From: Polaromonas sp.
GTDB lineage: Bacteria > Pseudomonadota > Gammaproteobacteria > Burkholderiales > Burkholderiaceae_C
DNA length: 64,000 bases
NCBI GenBank assembly: GCA_026400075.1
Contig: JAPLPS010000038.1
Location: 2,459 to 66,458, forward strand
Direction: 5' to 3'
Position numbers and translations under genes: made by a program. Shown piece by piece: positions 29,395 through 39,623 of the stretch (position 1 is its first letter; the number at the start of each line of letters is the position of its first letter). The notes under the pieces were generated by a model. It had not been told where the DNA came from. It made no database searches and saw nothing but the letters and a program-made list of their open reading frames with translations.

Positions 29395-31053
29395 TCAGTC
29401 GTTGGCGTAAATATCGACATCCTTGGTTTCCTTCAGAAACAAGGTGCCGATGACAAAGCTGCCCGCCGCAATCAGCACCGGATACCACAGGCCGGTGTAC
29501 ATATTGCCGGTCTGCGCGACGATGGCAAAGGCCGTCGTCGGCAGCAGGCCGCCGAACCAGCCGTTGCCGATGTGGTAGGGCAGGCTCATCGAGGTGTAGC
29601 GGATGCGGGTCGGAAACAGCTCGACCAGCATCGCGGCAATCGGCCCATAGACCATCGTCACCAGCAGCACCAGATAAAACAGCAGCGCCGTCACCTTGAG
29701 CTTGTCCACCTTGGCCGGATCGGCCTGCGCCGGGTAGCCAGCGGCTTTGAGCTCACCGGCGACGAGCTTTTTGAAAGCGGCGTCTTTTCTGCGTGCCTCC
29801 TCGGCGCCCAGGCCCTGCAGGCTGTAGCTGCTGATGCGGCTATTGCCAATCTGGATGCTCGCCAGCGTCCCGGCAGGCGCGGGGGCATTGTCATAGCTGA
29901 CCGAAGCAAAAGCCAGCACCTGCTTGGCAATGTCGCACGAGCTGGTGAACCTGGCCGCGCCGGTCGGGTTGAACTGGAAGGAGCACTCCTCCGGGTCTGC
30001 CATCACCACCACCTTGTTCGTCACCTGGGCTGCGGCCAGCTCGGGATTGGCCGCCGCCGTCAGCGCGCCAAACACCGGAAAGTAAGTCAGCGCCGCCAGC
30101 AGGCAGCCGGTCATGATGATGGGCTTGCGGCCGATCCGGTCAGACAGTGCGCCAAACACCAAGAAAAAAGGCGTTCCCAGAATCAGCGCGTAGGCCACCA
30201 GGATGTTGGCGGTGAAAGCGTCCACCTTGAGCGCCTGGGTCAAAAAGAACAGCGAATAAAACTGCCCCGAATACCAGACCACCGCCTGGCCCGCCGTCAG
30301 CCCCAGCAGCGCCAGAATCACCACCTTGAGGTTTTTCCACTGGCCAAAGGATTCGGCCACCGGCGTTTTGGAGGTGCGCCCTTCGGACTTCATCTTGCGA
30401 AAGGCGGGCGACTCGTTCAGGGTCAAACGGATATAGACCGACACGGCCAGCAGCAAAATCGACACGACAAAAGGAATGCGCCAGCCCCAGTCGGCAAAAG
30501 CGGCCTCGCCAACGACAGTGCGCACGCCCAGAATAATCACCAGACTCAGAAACAGGCCCAGCGAGGCCGTCGTCTGGATCCAGGCGGTGTAGGCGCCGCG
30601 CTTGCCGCGCGGTGCGTGCTCGGCCACATAGACCGCCGCGCCGCCGTATTCACCGCCCAGCGCCAGCCCCTGCAGCATGCGCAGGCCGATCAGGATGACC
30701 GGTGCGGCCACGCCAATCGAGTCATAGCTGGGCAGCAGCCCGACAATAAAAGTGGACAGGCCCATGATGACGATGGTGACCAAAAAGGTGTATTTGCGCC
30801 CAATCATGTCGCCCAGGCGGCCAAATACCAGCGCGCCAAAAGGCCGGACAATAAACCCGGCAGCAAAAGCCAGCAGCGCAAAAATAAAAGCCGATCCGGC
30901 ATCGAGTCCGCTGAAAAACTGTTTGGCAATAATCGCCGCCAGCGAGCCGTACAGGTAAAAGTCATACCACTCGAAAACCGTACCCAGCGAGGAAGCAAAT
31001 ATGACCTTGCGTTGCTCCGCTGTCATCGGTCTGTCATTTACTTCTACGGCCAT
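29395..31053 (-). CDS. MFS metabolite:H+ symporter (MHS family)
   Basis: GTVFEWYDF, GDMIGRK, QGLALGGEYGGA, ELFPTRIRY. Confidence 0.92.
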   Translation of the reverse strand: MAVEVNDRPMTAEQRKVIFASSLGTVFEWYDFYLYGSLAAIIAKQFFSGLDAGSAFIFALLAFAAGFIVRPFGALVFGRLGDMIGRKYTFLVTIVIMGLSTFIVGLLPSYDSIGVAAPVILIGLRMLQGLALGGEYGGAAVYVAEHAPRGKRGAYTAWIQTTASLGLFLSLVIILGVRTVVGEAAFADWGWRIPFVVSILLLAVSVYIRLTLNESPAFRKMKSEGRTSKTPVAESFGQWKNLKVVILALLGLTAGQAVVWYSGQFYSLFFLTQALKVDAFTANILVAYALILGTPFFLVFGALSDRIGRKPIIMTGCLLAALTYFPVFGALTAAANPELAAAQVTNKVVVMADPEECSFQFNPTGAARFTSSCDIAKQVLAFASVSYDNAPAPAGTLASIQIGNSRISSYSLQGLGAEEARRKDAAFKKLVAGELKAAGYPAQADPAKVDKLKVTALLFYLVLLVTMVYGPIAAMLVELFPTRIRYTSMSLPYHIGNGWFGGLLPTTAFAIVAQTGNMYTGLWYPVLIAAGSFVIGTLFLKETKDVDIYAND

Positions 31054-31408
31054 AGTTCTCTCTTTTGGTTTTTCTGGGGAATTTCTTCATGCCGCCCTGG
31101 CAACTATCTGCTTTGACTATCTGGGGCAGCGCTGACCGGATTCTGACGTTGCCGCCGCCGGATTTAACGCCAAACTGAATGCTAACTTACAACCCGAGTG
31201 TTAACCCTTAGCAATAATTTCCCCATGCAATAAATTCGGGAAAAATTGCTGAAGGCCAGCGATTTGGCACGCGGCCACCAAGGGAAAGTCCCTAGTCATT
31301 CAGACGGTCAAAGTAAGGACTTGGTCAGCCCCCCCTCCCAGAATTCAACTCCTGCAACGCCTGTCCTGGGCCGTTGTGAAGACCAACTACCCACGTCGGA
31401 GGAGATGT

Positions 31409-31732
31409 ATGAGTGATCCTGTCAGGGTTGATCCCATGGTGGCCAAAATCGAGGCCAATCCCAAATACCACGAGCTTCGCAGAAAGCGCAATGTTTTCGG
31501 CTGGTCGATGACTGCGCTGATGATGGTGGTTTATTACGGCTATATCGCCTTGATTGCCTTTGACAAGCCTTTTCTGGCCCAACGCATTGGCGATGGCGTC
31601 ACTTCGCTGGGTATTCCAATTGGCCTGGGTGTGATTCTTTTCACCATCGCCATTACCGGCATTTATGTTCGCCGCGCTAACGGCGAATATGACCGTTTGA
31701 CCGCTGAAATTCTGAAAGAGGCTTCCAAATGA
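31409..31732 (+). CDS. DUF485 (YjcH-like) small membrane subunit
   Basis: Two TM helices, [10 protein letters not shown]; GGAGGA SD; ATGA overlap with actP. Confidence 0.88.
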   Translation: MSDPVRVDPMVAKIEANPKYHELRRKRNVFGWSMTALMMVVYYGYIALIAFDKPFLAQRIGDGVTSLGIPIGLGVILFTIAITGIYVRRANGEYDRLTAEILKEASK

Positions 31733-33456
31733 AGGCTGGACTCCAACTCCTGCTCGCCCTGACGGCGCTGCTCGCAGCCGCCGCCGCGCAAGCCGCTGGC
31801 GCTGACCTGGGACAGGTTGAAAAGCAGCCCACCAACTGGGTGGCGATCGGCATGTTCGGCGCATTCGTGGTGGGCACGCTGTTCATCACCAAATGGGCCG
31901 CCTCCAAGACCAAATCCGCTGCTGACTTCTACACCGGCGGCGGCGGCATCACCGGCTTTCAAAACGGCCTGGCCATCGCGGGCGACTACATGTCGGCTGC
32001 TTCCTTCCTGGGTATTTCCGCCGCTGTGATGGCTTCGGGCTATGACGGCCTGATCTACTCGATCGGCTTTCTGGTCGGCTGGCCCGTCATCACCTTCCTG
32101 ATGGCCGAGCGTCTGCGCAACCTGGGCATGTTCACCTTTGCCGACGTGGCCGGTTACCGCTTCCAGCAAAAGCCGATCCGCATTTTTGCGGCGTCCGGCA
32201 CGCTGGTCGTGGTGGCTTTCTACCTGATCGCGCAAATGGTTGGCGCCGGTTCGCTGATCAAGCTGCTGTTCGGCCTGGACTACTACCTGGCCGTGAGTAT
32301 TGTTGGCGCGCTGATGATGATTTACGTGCTGTTCGGCGGCATGACGGCTACCACCTGGGTGCAGATCATCAAGGCTTGCCTGCTGCTCGCTGGCGTGACC
32401 TTCATGGCCTTCATGGTGATGTCCAACTTCGGTTTCAGCTTTGAAGCGCTGTTTGCCGCAGGCGTCAAGGTGAAAACCGATCTGGCCATCAACGGCGGCA
32501 AGACCGCAGCCGAAGCAGCCACCATCGGCCAGGCGCTGATGGGCCCCGGCGGCTTCATCAAGGACCCGATTTCTGCCATCTCCTTCGGTATGGCACTGAT
32601 GTTCGGCACCGCCGGTCTGCCGCACATCCTGATGCGCTTCTTCACGGTGCCGGATGCCAAGCAGGCGCGTAAATCCGTGCTGTGGGCGACCACCTGGATT
32701 GGCTACTTCTACATCCTGATTTTCATCATCGGTTTTGGCGCCATCACCCTGGTGCTGACCAATCCTGAATACGCTGATACCGCCAAGGGCATCATCAAGG
32801 GCGGTGGCGGCTCGGCCAACATGGCAGCCGTGCTGGTGGCCAAGGCTGTTGGCGGCAATGTGTTCTTCGGCTTCATCTCCGCTGTCGCATTTGCAACGAT
32901 TCTGGCTGTGGTGGCCGGCTTGACGCTGTCAGGCGCCTCTGCTGTGTCTCACGACATCTACGCTACCGTGATCAAAAAGGGCAAAGCTGACAGCGCTTCG
33001 GAGCTGAAAGTGTCACGTATCACCACCCTCGTTCTGGGTGTGGTGGCGGTGTCTCTGGGCATCTTGTTCGAGAAGCAAAACATCGCCTTCATGGTGTCGC
33101 TGGCCGTCGCGATTGCGGCTTCGGCCAACTTCCCGGTGCTGTTCATGTCCGTGCTGTGGAAAGACTGCACGACCAAGGGCGCCGTGATTGGTGGCTTCAT
33201 GGGCTTGGTCTCCTCGGTGGGCCTGACCGTTGTGTCGCCCTCGGTGTGGGAAGCCACGCTGGGCAACCCCAAGGGCTCCGCCTGGTTCCCTTACTCGTCG
33301 CCTTGCCTGTTCTCGATGACCATCGGGTTTATCGGCATCGTGCTGTTCTCCCTGCTGGATCGCAGCCCGCAAGCGGTCAACGAACGCGCTGCCTTCAAAT
33401 CGCAGCAAGTCCGCTCGGAAACCGGCCTGGGCGCATCCGGCGCATCCGGCCACTAA
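31729..33456 (+). CDS. actP: Cation/acetate (monocarboxylate) symporter, SSS family
   Basis: [34 protein letters not shown]. Confidence 0.92.
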   Translation: MKAGLQLLLALTALLAAAAAQAAGADLGQVEKQPTNWVAIGMFGAFVVGTLFITKWAASKTKSAADFYTGGGGITGFQNGLAIAGDYMSAASFLGISAAVMASGYDGLIYSIGFLVGWPVITFLMAERLRNLGMFTFADVAGYRFQQKPIRIFAASGTLVVVAFYLIAQMVGAGSLIKLLFGLDYYLAVSIVGALMMIYVLFGGMTATTWVQIIKACLLLAGVTFMAFMVMSNFGFSFEALFAAGVKVKTDLAINGGKTAAEAATIGQALMGPGGFIKDPISAISFGMALMFGTAGLPHILMRFFTVPDAKQARKSVLWATTWIGYFYILIFIIGFGAITLVLTNPEYADTAKGIIKGGGGSANMAAVLVAKAVGGNVFFGFISAVAFATILAVVAGLTLSGASAVSHDIYATVIKKGKADSASELKVSRITTLVLGVVAVSLGILFEKQNIAFMVSLAVAIAASANFPVLFMSVLWKDCTTKGAVIGGFMGLVSSVGLTVVSPSVWEATLGNPKGSAWFPYSSPCLFSMTIGFIGIVLFSLLDRSPQAVNERAAFKSQQVRSETGLGASGASGH

Positions 33457-33478
33457 GCCGAACGGTTTTTAACCCCTG

Positions 33479-33510
33479 AAAATGCCGGGCACCTGCCCGG
33501 CATTTTTTAT
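33479..33510 (+). terminator. Intrinsic terminator after actP (bidirectional shape)
   Basis: AAAATGCCGGGCA-CC-TGCCCGGCATTTTTT. Confidence 0.88.
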
Positions 33511-33753
33511 GGGCGCAGGAATTTCCGGATCTCAGCGAGTCTCTATGAGGCCCCCCTGGATGCCCTGCAGCTGGCATCACCGGTTCGGGAATTCACCAAT
33601 AGACACTCGATCTGCAACCCATGCAAACTCGCCCATGCCCGTACTGGTGCAAGCGCAGCGCAACCCCATCGCTCATCGAAATGGCATTGAATTTGCTTGC
33701 CTGCGTCATACCTTGATAAAAAATCAATCAACAATGCTAGAGGCCCCCTGAAT

Positions 33754-34740
33754 ATGAAACATCAGGAGCAGATCCAGCAAAAGGATCATTTCAAGACCAT
33801 TCATGCACCTGGCGTAGGTTCTCGTCAAGACCGGCACACTTTGTTTGACGAATGGATTACCCGCATTAACAACGCTTGCGGCGCATTCAGCGCAACGCTG
33901 CTGGGCGATACCTTCGTTGGAGGTTTTAACGATTACCAGAGCGGAGCCGTCCGGCTCAGCGTTGTCGAGGCGGCCCAGACCCGCCTGTACCGGACGTCCA
34001 AGGATGTCAACCGCAGCGATGATGGCAAATACTTTGCAGTGCTCCAGCTGCGCGGACAAGCCTCCTTTGAACAAGGGGAGCAGCGCGCCCATCTTGCCAA
34101 AGGTGACATCATCCTCCTGGACGCGGCCCGCCCCTGCAGCGGCCTGCTCGGCAACAACTCACGTCAAATTTCACTCATCCTTCCACGGCAGTTGGTGGAG
34201 CGCAATATGCACCAGGCCCGTGTCGCATGCTGCCATCTGATCCCTGCCGCCTCGGCGCTGGCCACGATGGCGGCCCGACTGATGCTCGTCGCCTCACGGC
34301 AATCAACAACGGGTTTTGGCCAGCAAGAAAGCGAGGCCATTCTTGATGCACTGGTCACCTTGCTCAAGCCGGCCATTGGCCTGTCCGCCGCGCAAGACGA
34401 TAGCCATGAGCGCATGTTCCGCAAAGCCTGCACCCTGATTGACGCCCACCTGGACAGCGAAAGCCTGTCGCCGGAGTGGATAGCCCAGTCCATCGGCATC
34501 TCGGTGCGGGGTCTGTACCGCGTGTTTTCCCGGCAAGGCCTGGTGGTGGCACAGTACATCAAGCACCGCCGCCTGGATCTCTGCGCCGAGGCCTTGCGCC
34601 AGTCCACCGGCAGCGAAAAACTGTCTTCGCTGGGCTACAGCTGGGGCTTTTCCGACTCCAGCCACTTCTCGTCGGCCTTCAAGACACGCTTTGGCATGCC
34701 CCCGGGGGAATACCGAAAATGCTACCTGCAGCAGGCCTGA
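33754..34740 (+). CDS. feaR: AraC-family activator FeaR
   Basis: INNACGAF N-terminus, SVRGLYRVF, YIKHRRLDLCA, WGFSDSSHFSSAFK; directly upstream of tynA. Confidence 0.85.
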   Translation: MKHQEQIQQKDHFKTIHAPGVGSRQDRHTLFDEWITRINNACGAFSATLLGDTFVGGFNDYQSGAVRLSVVEAAQTRLYRTSKDVNRSDDGKYFAVLQLRGQASFEQGEQRAHLAKGDIILLDAARPCSGLLGNNSRQISLILPRQLVERNMHQARVACCHLIPAASALATMAARLMLVASRQSTTGFGQQESEAILDALVTLLKPAIGLSAAQDDSHERMFRKACTLIDAHLDSESLSPEWIAQSIGISVRGLYRVFSRQGLVVAQYIKHRRLDLCAEALRQSTGSEKLSSLGYSWGFSDSSHFSSAFKTRFGMPPGEYRKCYLQQA

Positions 34741-34783
34741 CTCTTCAGCACTGCATACGCCTGCGCCAGACATTGCGTGCAAC

Positions 34784-34820
34784 TGGCAGCCACGCACAGC
34801 CATCTGGCAGACACAGCAAA
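34784..34820 (+). promoter_or_regulatory. Tandem FeaR-type binding sites upstream of tynA
   Basis: TGGCA-N8-CAG (34784) and TGGCA-N8-AAA (34805), 21 bp apart, like the E. coli FeaR TGKCA-N8-MAA direct repeat. Confidence 0.7.
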
Positions 34821-34941
34821 GTCTTTCGCCTTCAATCCTCCTAAGCTGTCACCTATCGCGACAGACGCCTGAATCAGGCGCTCCCGAGTCGATTCACCCT
34901 GCCAAGGGGACACCTTATCAATGTTGGAGAAGGAAGCAGCT

Positions 34942-37236
34942 ATGTTCAGGAACAGCAAAAAACCCGCTACGTACAAGATTCGTGCGCTCAACATGGCACT
35001 GGCCATCGCCTTGGGCATGGGCGCTCTGGGCGCGAGCCCGGCGCAGGCGCACGGCAGCGCCGCCGAGATGGTGCCACTGAAGAAAACACTCGAAACGTTT
35101 GGCGCCACCGTGCGCTGGGACAGTTTCGCCAACGTTTACACCATCTCCCGCAACAGCACGCTGGTGCGCATCAAGCCCGGCTCCAAGACCGCACTGGTCA
35201 ACGGTCAGCCCCTGCAGCTCAATGCGCCACTGGTCATGAAAAATGGCGCAGCCTTCGTCTCACACGATTTCATCAACCAGGTCTTTCAGTCCGGACTGGA
35301 CAAAACCTTCGTGGTCGAACGCACGCCCAGCCCGCTCAATCCGCTGAGCGCCGACGAAATCAAGGCAACCGTTGACATTCTCAAAGCCGCTGGCCGCTAC
35401 CAGAGCGGCTACCGTTTCACCGAAATCACCCTGAAGGCGCCGCCCAAAGACCAGGTCTGGAACTTTGCCCTCACCGGCCAGCCTATACAGGCCCCACGCC
35501 AGGCCGCCTTTGTGATCCTGGACGGCAAGAAAGTCATCGAAGGCACGGCCGACCTCGCCACACGCACCATTTTGGGCTGGAAAGAGGTTGAGGGCGCGCA
35601 CGGCATGGTGCTGCTTGACGACTTCGCCACCGTGCAGGCGGTGATTGAAGCCAGCCCCGAATACGCCCAGGCGCTGGCCAAGCGCGGCATCACGGACGTG
35701 AAAAAAGTCGTCGCCACCCCGCTGACGGTGGGCTACTTTGACGGCAAGGACTCGCTGCGCCAGGAAGAGCGCCTGCTCAAGGTGGTGAGCTACCTGGACG
35801 TGGGCGATGGCAACTACTGGGCACACCCCATCGAAAATCTGGTGGCGGTGGTGGACATCGAGCACAAAAAGCTGCTCAAAATTGAAGACCACGGCGTCAT
35901 TCCCGTGCCGCTCAAACCGACCGCCTACGATGGCCGCGACCGCACGCTGACCGCCGCGCCCAAGCCGCTGAACATCACCGAGCCCGAGGGCAAAAACTAC
36001 ACCATCACAGGCAACACCCTGCATTGGCGCAACTGGGACTTTCATGTGCGGCTCGATTCGCGCGTGGGCCTGATGCTCTCGACCGTCACCTACAACGACA
36101 AAGGCACCAAACGCAAGGTGATGTACGAAGGCTCGCTGGGCGGCATGATCGTGCCCTACGGCGACCCGGACGTGGGCTGGTACTTCAAGGCCTACCTGGA
36201 TTCAGGCGAATACGGCATGGGTACGCTGACCTCAGCGATCCAGCGCGGCAAGGACGCCCCGGAAAATGCCGTGCTGCTGGACGCCACCCTGGCCGACTAC
36301 ACCGGCGCACCCGCCAGCATGCCCAACGCCATCGCCGTTTTTGAACGCTACGCCGGGCCGGAGTTCAAGCACCAGGAAATGGGCCAGCCCAACCTGAGCA
36401 CCGAGCGGCGCGAACTGGTGGTGCGCTGGATCAGCACCGTCGGCAATTACGACTACATCTTTGACTGGATTTTTGCCGAGAACGGCACCATCGGCATTGA
36501 CGTGGGTGCCACCGGCATCGAGGCCGTCAAGGGCGTGAAAGCACGCACCATGCAAGACCCAAGCGCCGCCGAAGACACCCGCTACGGCACTTTGATTGAC
36601 CACAACATCGTCGGCACCACGCACCAGCACATCTACAACTTCCGGCTCGACCTCGATGTGGACGGAGAAGCCAACTCGCTGACCGAAATCGACTCCATCG
36701 TCGCCAGCAACACCCACGGCGGCCCGCGCACCAGCACGATGGAGGCAGTGCAGCGCACCGCAGCGACCGAAAAACAGGCCGCGCAAAAGTTCGACCCGAC
36801 CAGCATCCGCCTGCTGAGCAACCCGAACAAGAACAACAAGGTCGGCAACCCGATCTCCTACCAGCTGATTCCTTACGCTGGCGGCACCCACCCCATCGCC
36901 AAGGGCGCCAACTTCGGCAAGGACGAATGGATCTACAACCGCCTGAGCTTCATGGATCGCCAGTTGTGGGTCACCCGCTACAACCCCGACGAGCGCTTCC
37001 CCGAAGGCAAGTATCCGAACCGCTCCAGCAAGGACACCGGACTCGGCCAGTTCACCGCTGACGACCAGTCCATCGTGAACACCGACAACGTGATCTGGAT
37101 GACCACCGGCACCACCCACACCGCCCGCGCTGAAGAGTGGCCGATCATGCCCACCGAATGGGTGCATGTGCTGCTCAAGCCCTGGAACTACTTCGACGAG
37201 ACGCCCACGCTCGGACTGAACCAGCCGAAAAAGTAA
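34942..37236 (+). CDS. tynA: Periplasmic copper/TPQ primary-amine oxidase
   Basis: Signal peptide ending AQA-HG; TVGNYDY TPQ motif, HQH copper ligands, EEWPIMP; alternative ATG at 34921. Confidence 0.95.
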   Translation: MFRNSKKPATYKIRALNMALAIALGMGALGASPAQAHGSAAEMVPLKKTLETFGATVRWDSFANVYTISRNSTLVRIKPGSKTALVNGQPLQLNAPLVMKNGAAFVSHDFINQVFQSGLDKTFVVERTPSPLNPLSADEIKATVDILKAAGRYQSGYRFTEITLKAPPKDQVWNFALTGQPIQAPRQAAFVILDGKKVIEGTADLATRTILGWKEVEGAHGMVLLDDFATVQAVIEASPEYAQALAKRGITDVKKVVATPLTVGYFDGKDSLRQEERLLKVVSYLDVGDGNYWAHPIENLVAVVDIEHKKLLKIEDHGVIPVPLKPTAYDGRDRTLTAAPKPLNITEPEGKNYTITGNTLHWRNWDFHVRLDSRVGLMLSTVTYNDKGTKRKVMYEGSLGGMIVPYGDPDVGWYFKAYLDSGEYGMGTLTSAIQRGKDAPENAVLLDATLADYTGAPASMPNAIAVFERYAGPEFKHQEMGQPNLSTERRELVVRWISTVGNYDYIFDWIFAENGTIGIDVGATGIEAVKGVKARTMQDPSAAEDTRYGTLIDHNIVGTTHQHIYNFRLDLDVDGEANSLTEIDSIVASNTHGGPRTSTMEAVQRTAATEKQAAQKFDPTSIRLLSNPNKNNKVGNPISYQLIPYAGGTHPIAKGANFGKDEWIYNRLSFMDRQLWVTRYNPDERFPEGKYPNRSSKDTGLGQFTADDQSIVNTDNVIWMTTGTTHTARAEEWPIMPTEWVHVLLKPWNYFDETPTLGLNQPKK

Positions 37237-37365
37237 CGCGCAACGCCCGCCCGAAACAACGGACGGCGGGCGCAAAAAAGTCCCCTCCAGGGTGCCCAGC
37301 CCCAAAGGCGGCACTGACGCAATGCGCGGAGCACCCATCCTTGCTACTTGTCCTGAGAACTCGCA

Positions 37366-38139
37366 ATGAAACTGAAACCAGCCTCCTTCCTCGCTTTGAC
37401 CCTGCTGCTTGCTGGCGGCGCTGTCATGGCGCAAACCGCGACGCCCACGCCTGACTACACCTTGTCCTACAACGTGGGCCTTGTCAGCGACTACCGCGCA
37501 CGCGGCCTGTCTCAAACCACCTTCAAGCCAGCACTGCAAGCCGGTGTTGACTTTGCACACAAGAGCGGCGTTTATCTCGGCGCCATAGGCTCGAATATCA
37601 ACTGGATCCGCGATTACGTGGGCGCACCTGCCAAAGGCTCGCTTGAAGTTGACCTTTACGCTGGCTACAAAGGATCGCTGACCCAGGACATCGCGTTTGA
37701 TATCGGCGTGTTCCGCTACCAATATCCCGGTAACACGGCCTCGAAAGTGATAGTCGATGCGAACACGACTGAAATCTACGGCGCCCTGACCTACGGCATC
37801 GTCACGGCAAAGTACAGCCAGAGCACGGGCAATTTTGTAGCCAACGCAAACAGCGCCGGCAGCAAGTATTTTGAAGTGGCCGCCAACATTGATCTGGGCA
37901 AGGGCTTGACGCTCACACCGCATATCGGCCGCCAGACTATTCCCAATGTAAGTGCGCCGCAGCCTGACAGCGGCAACTACACCGACTACTCGCTGACTCT
38001 GTCCAAAGACTTCGGCAACGGCCTGTCAGCCTCCGTCTCGGCTATCGGCACCGATGCCAAAGATGGTTTTTACAAGGTGGGCGGATTTGACAACCTGGGT
38101 AAAAGCACCGTGGTGGTCGGCCTGAAATACAACTTTTGA
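37366..38139 (+). CDS. TorF-family putative porin (TIGR02001-like)
   Basis: Signal peptide; VSDYRARGLSQT, PALQAGVD, EVDLYAGY, C-terminal F. Confidence 0.85.
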   Translation: MKLKPASFLALTLLLAGGAVMAQTATPTPDYTLSYNVGLVSDYRARGLSQTTFKPALQAGVDFAHKSGVYLGAIGSNINWIRDYVGAPAKGSLEVDLYAGYKGSLTQDIAFDIGVFRYQYPGNTASKVIVDANTTEIYGALTYGIVTAKYSQSTGNFVANANSAGSKYFEVAANIDLGKGLTLTPHIGRQTIPNVSAPQPDSGNYTDYSLTLSKDFGNGLSASVSAIGTDAKDGFYKVGGFDNLGKSTVVVGLKYNF

Positions 38140-38180
38140 CCCAGCCTTCCTTCAATTTTTGATAAAAGAAAGTCCCAGCC

Positions 38181-39593
38181 ATGCACACTGCAACCATGAC
38201 CATTGGCGGACGCGCAGTTCAAAGCCAAAGTGCCGCAAGCTTCGAGGTCAGAAATCCCTCCACAGGCGAGGTCATAGGCAGCGCGCCCAATGCCAGCCCT
38301 GCCGATCTGGACTCAGCAGTGGCAGCGGCACAGACCGCATTCGCCAGCTGGTCGAAGCAGTCAGATGCCGAACTTCAAGCCGCCTGTCAGGCCGCCGCCG
38401 AAAAAATTGCCGCCCATTCCGAAGAACTGGCAATCCTGATCACGCAGGAACAAGGCAAACCGCTCAATGGACTGGGTTCACGCTTTGAAATGGGGGGCGC
38501 GAGCGCCTGGGCAAGCCACACCTGCGGCCTTTCGCTGCCCATGAAGGTATTGCAAGACAACGCGCAAGGCCGGGTCGAGCTGCACCGCAAACCGCTGGGC
38601 GTGGTCGGCTCCATCACGCCCTGGAATTTTCCGGTGATGATTGCCATCTGGCACCTGATGCCAGCGCTGCGCAGCGGCAACACGGTGGTGATCAAGCCCT
38701 CGCCCCAAACGCCTTTGGCCACCTTGCGCCTGGTCGAACTGCTCAATGAAGTGCTGCCTGCGGGGGTGCTTAACTGCGTGACAGGCGACGACCAGACGGG
38801 CAGCATCGGCGCTGCGATGGCCGCGCACACCGGCATCCGGAAAATCGTTTTCACCGGCTCCTGCGCTACAGGGCAAAAAGTCATGCAGTCCGCCGCCCTG
38901 ACGATGAAACGGCTGACGCTGGAGCTGGGCGGCAACGATGCAGGCATCGTTTTGCCAGATTGCGACCCCAAGGCGATTGCCGAGGGCTTGTTCTGGAGCA
39001 GCTTTATCAACAGCGGCCAGACCTGCGCCGCCATGAAACGCCTGTACGTCCACGAAAGCATCCACGATGATGTGTGCGAACAGCTGGTCGCGTATGCCAA
39101 AACGGTGCCTATGGGCGACGGCATGGACGAGAACAACCTGCTCGGCCCGGTGCAAAACCGCATGCAGTTCGACACCGTGGCGCGCCTGGTGGCCGATGCG
39201 CGAAAAAAAGGCGATGTGCTGCTGGGCGGCGAGCCGGGCGATGGCCTGTTCTTTCCCGCCACGCTGATCGCGGGCCTGAAAAACGGCGATGCGCTGGTGG
39301 ATCAGGAGCAGTTCGGCCCGGCCCTGCCGATCATTCGTTACCGCGATGTCAGCGAGGCCATACGCGCCGCCAACGACAGCCCCAATGGCCTGGGCGGCTC
39401 GGTCTGGTCTCGCGACATTGAGCATGCCAGGCAGGTCGCCCGGCAGCTGGAATGCGGCTCCGTGTGGCTGAACAAGCACGGCGCCATCCAGCCCAACGCC
39501 CCCTTCGGCGGCACCAAATCCTCGGGGTTTGGCGTCGAGTTCACCGAAGACGGCCTGCGCGAGTACACCGACCCGCAGGTGATTTTTTCTTGA
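38181..39593 (+). CDS. NAD(P)-dependent aldehyde dehydrogenase, probably phenylacetaldehyde dehydrogenase
   Basis: ITPWNFP, FTGS, LELGGND, SGQTCAA, EQFGP; substrate inferred from tynA context. Confidence 0.9.
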   Translation: MHTATMTIGGRAVQSQSAASFEVRNPSTGEVIGSAPNASPADLDSAVAAAQTAFASWSKQSDAELQAACQAAAEKIAAHSEELAILITQEQGKPLNGLGSRFEMGGASAWASHTCGLSLPMKVLQDNAQGRVELHRKPLGVVGSITPWNFPVMIAIWHLMPALRSGNTVVIKPSPQTPLATLRLVELLNEVLPAGVLNCVTGDDQTGSIGAAMAAHTGIRKIVFTGSCATGQKVMQSAALTMKRLTLELGGNDAGIVLPDCDPKAIAEGLFWSSFINSGQTCAAMKRLYVHESIHDDVCEQLVAYAKTVPMGDGMDENNLLGPVQNRMQFDTVARLVADARKKGDVLLGGEPGDGLFFPATLIAGLKNGDALVDQEQFGPALPIIRYRDVSEAIRAANDSPNGLGGSVWSRDIEHARQVARQLECGSVWLNKHGAIQPNAPFGGTKSSGFGVEFTEDGLREYTDPQVIFS

Positions 39594-39623
39594 TCTGGCG
39601 GGCTGGCGGGGCATGGGCGCGCC

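Noticed and set aside
31265-31280. Sigma-54 promoter (TGGCAC) upstream of the actP operon
   Set aside because: No TTGC at the -12 position.
37244-37279. GC hairpin after tynA as a terminator
   Set aside because: Followed by an A-run rather than a U-run on the sense strand; more likely an mRNA-stabilising hairpin.
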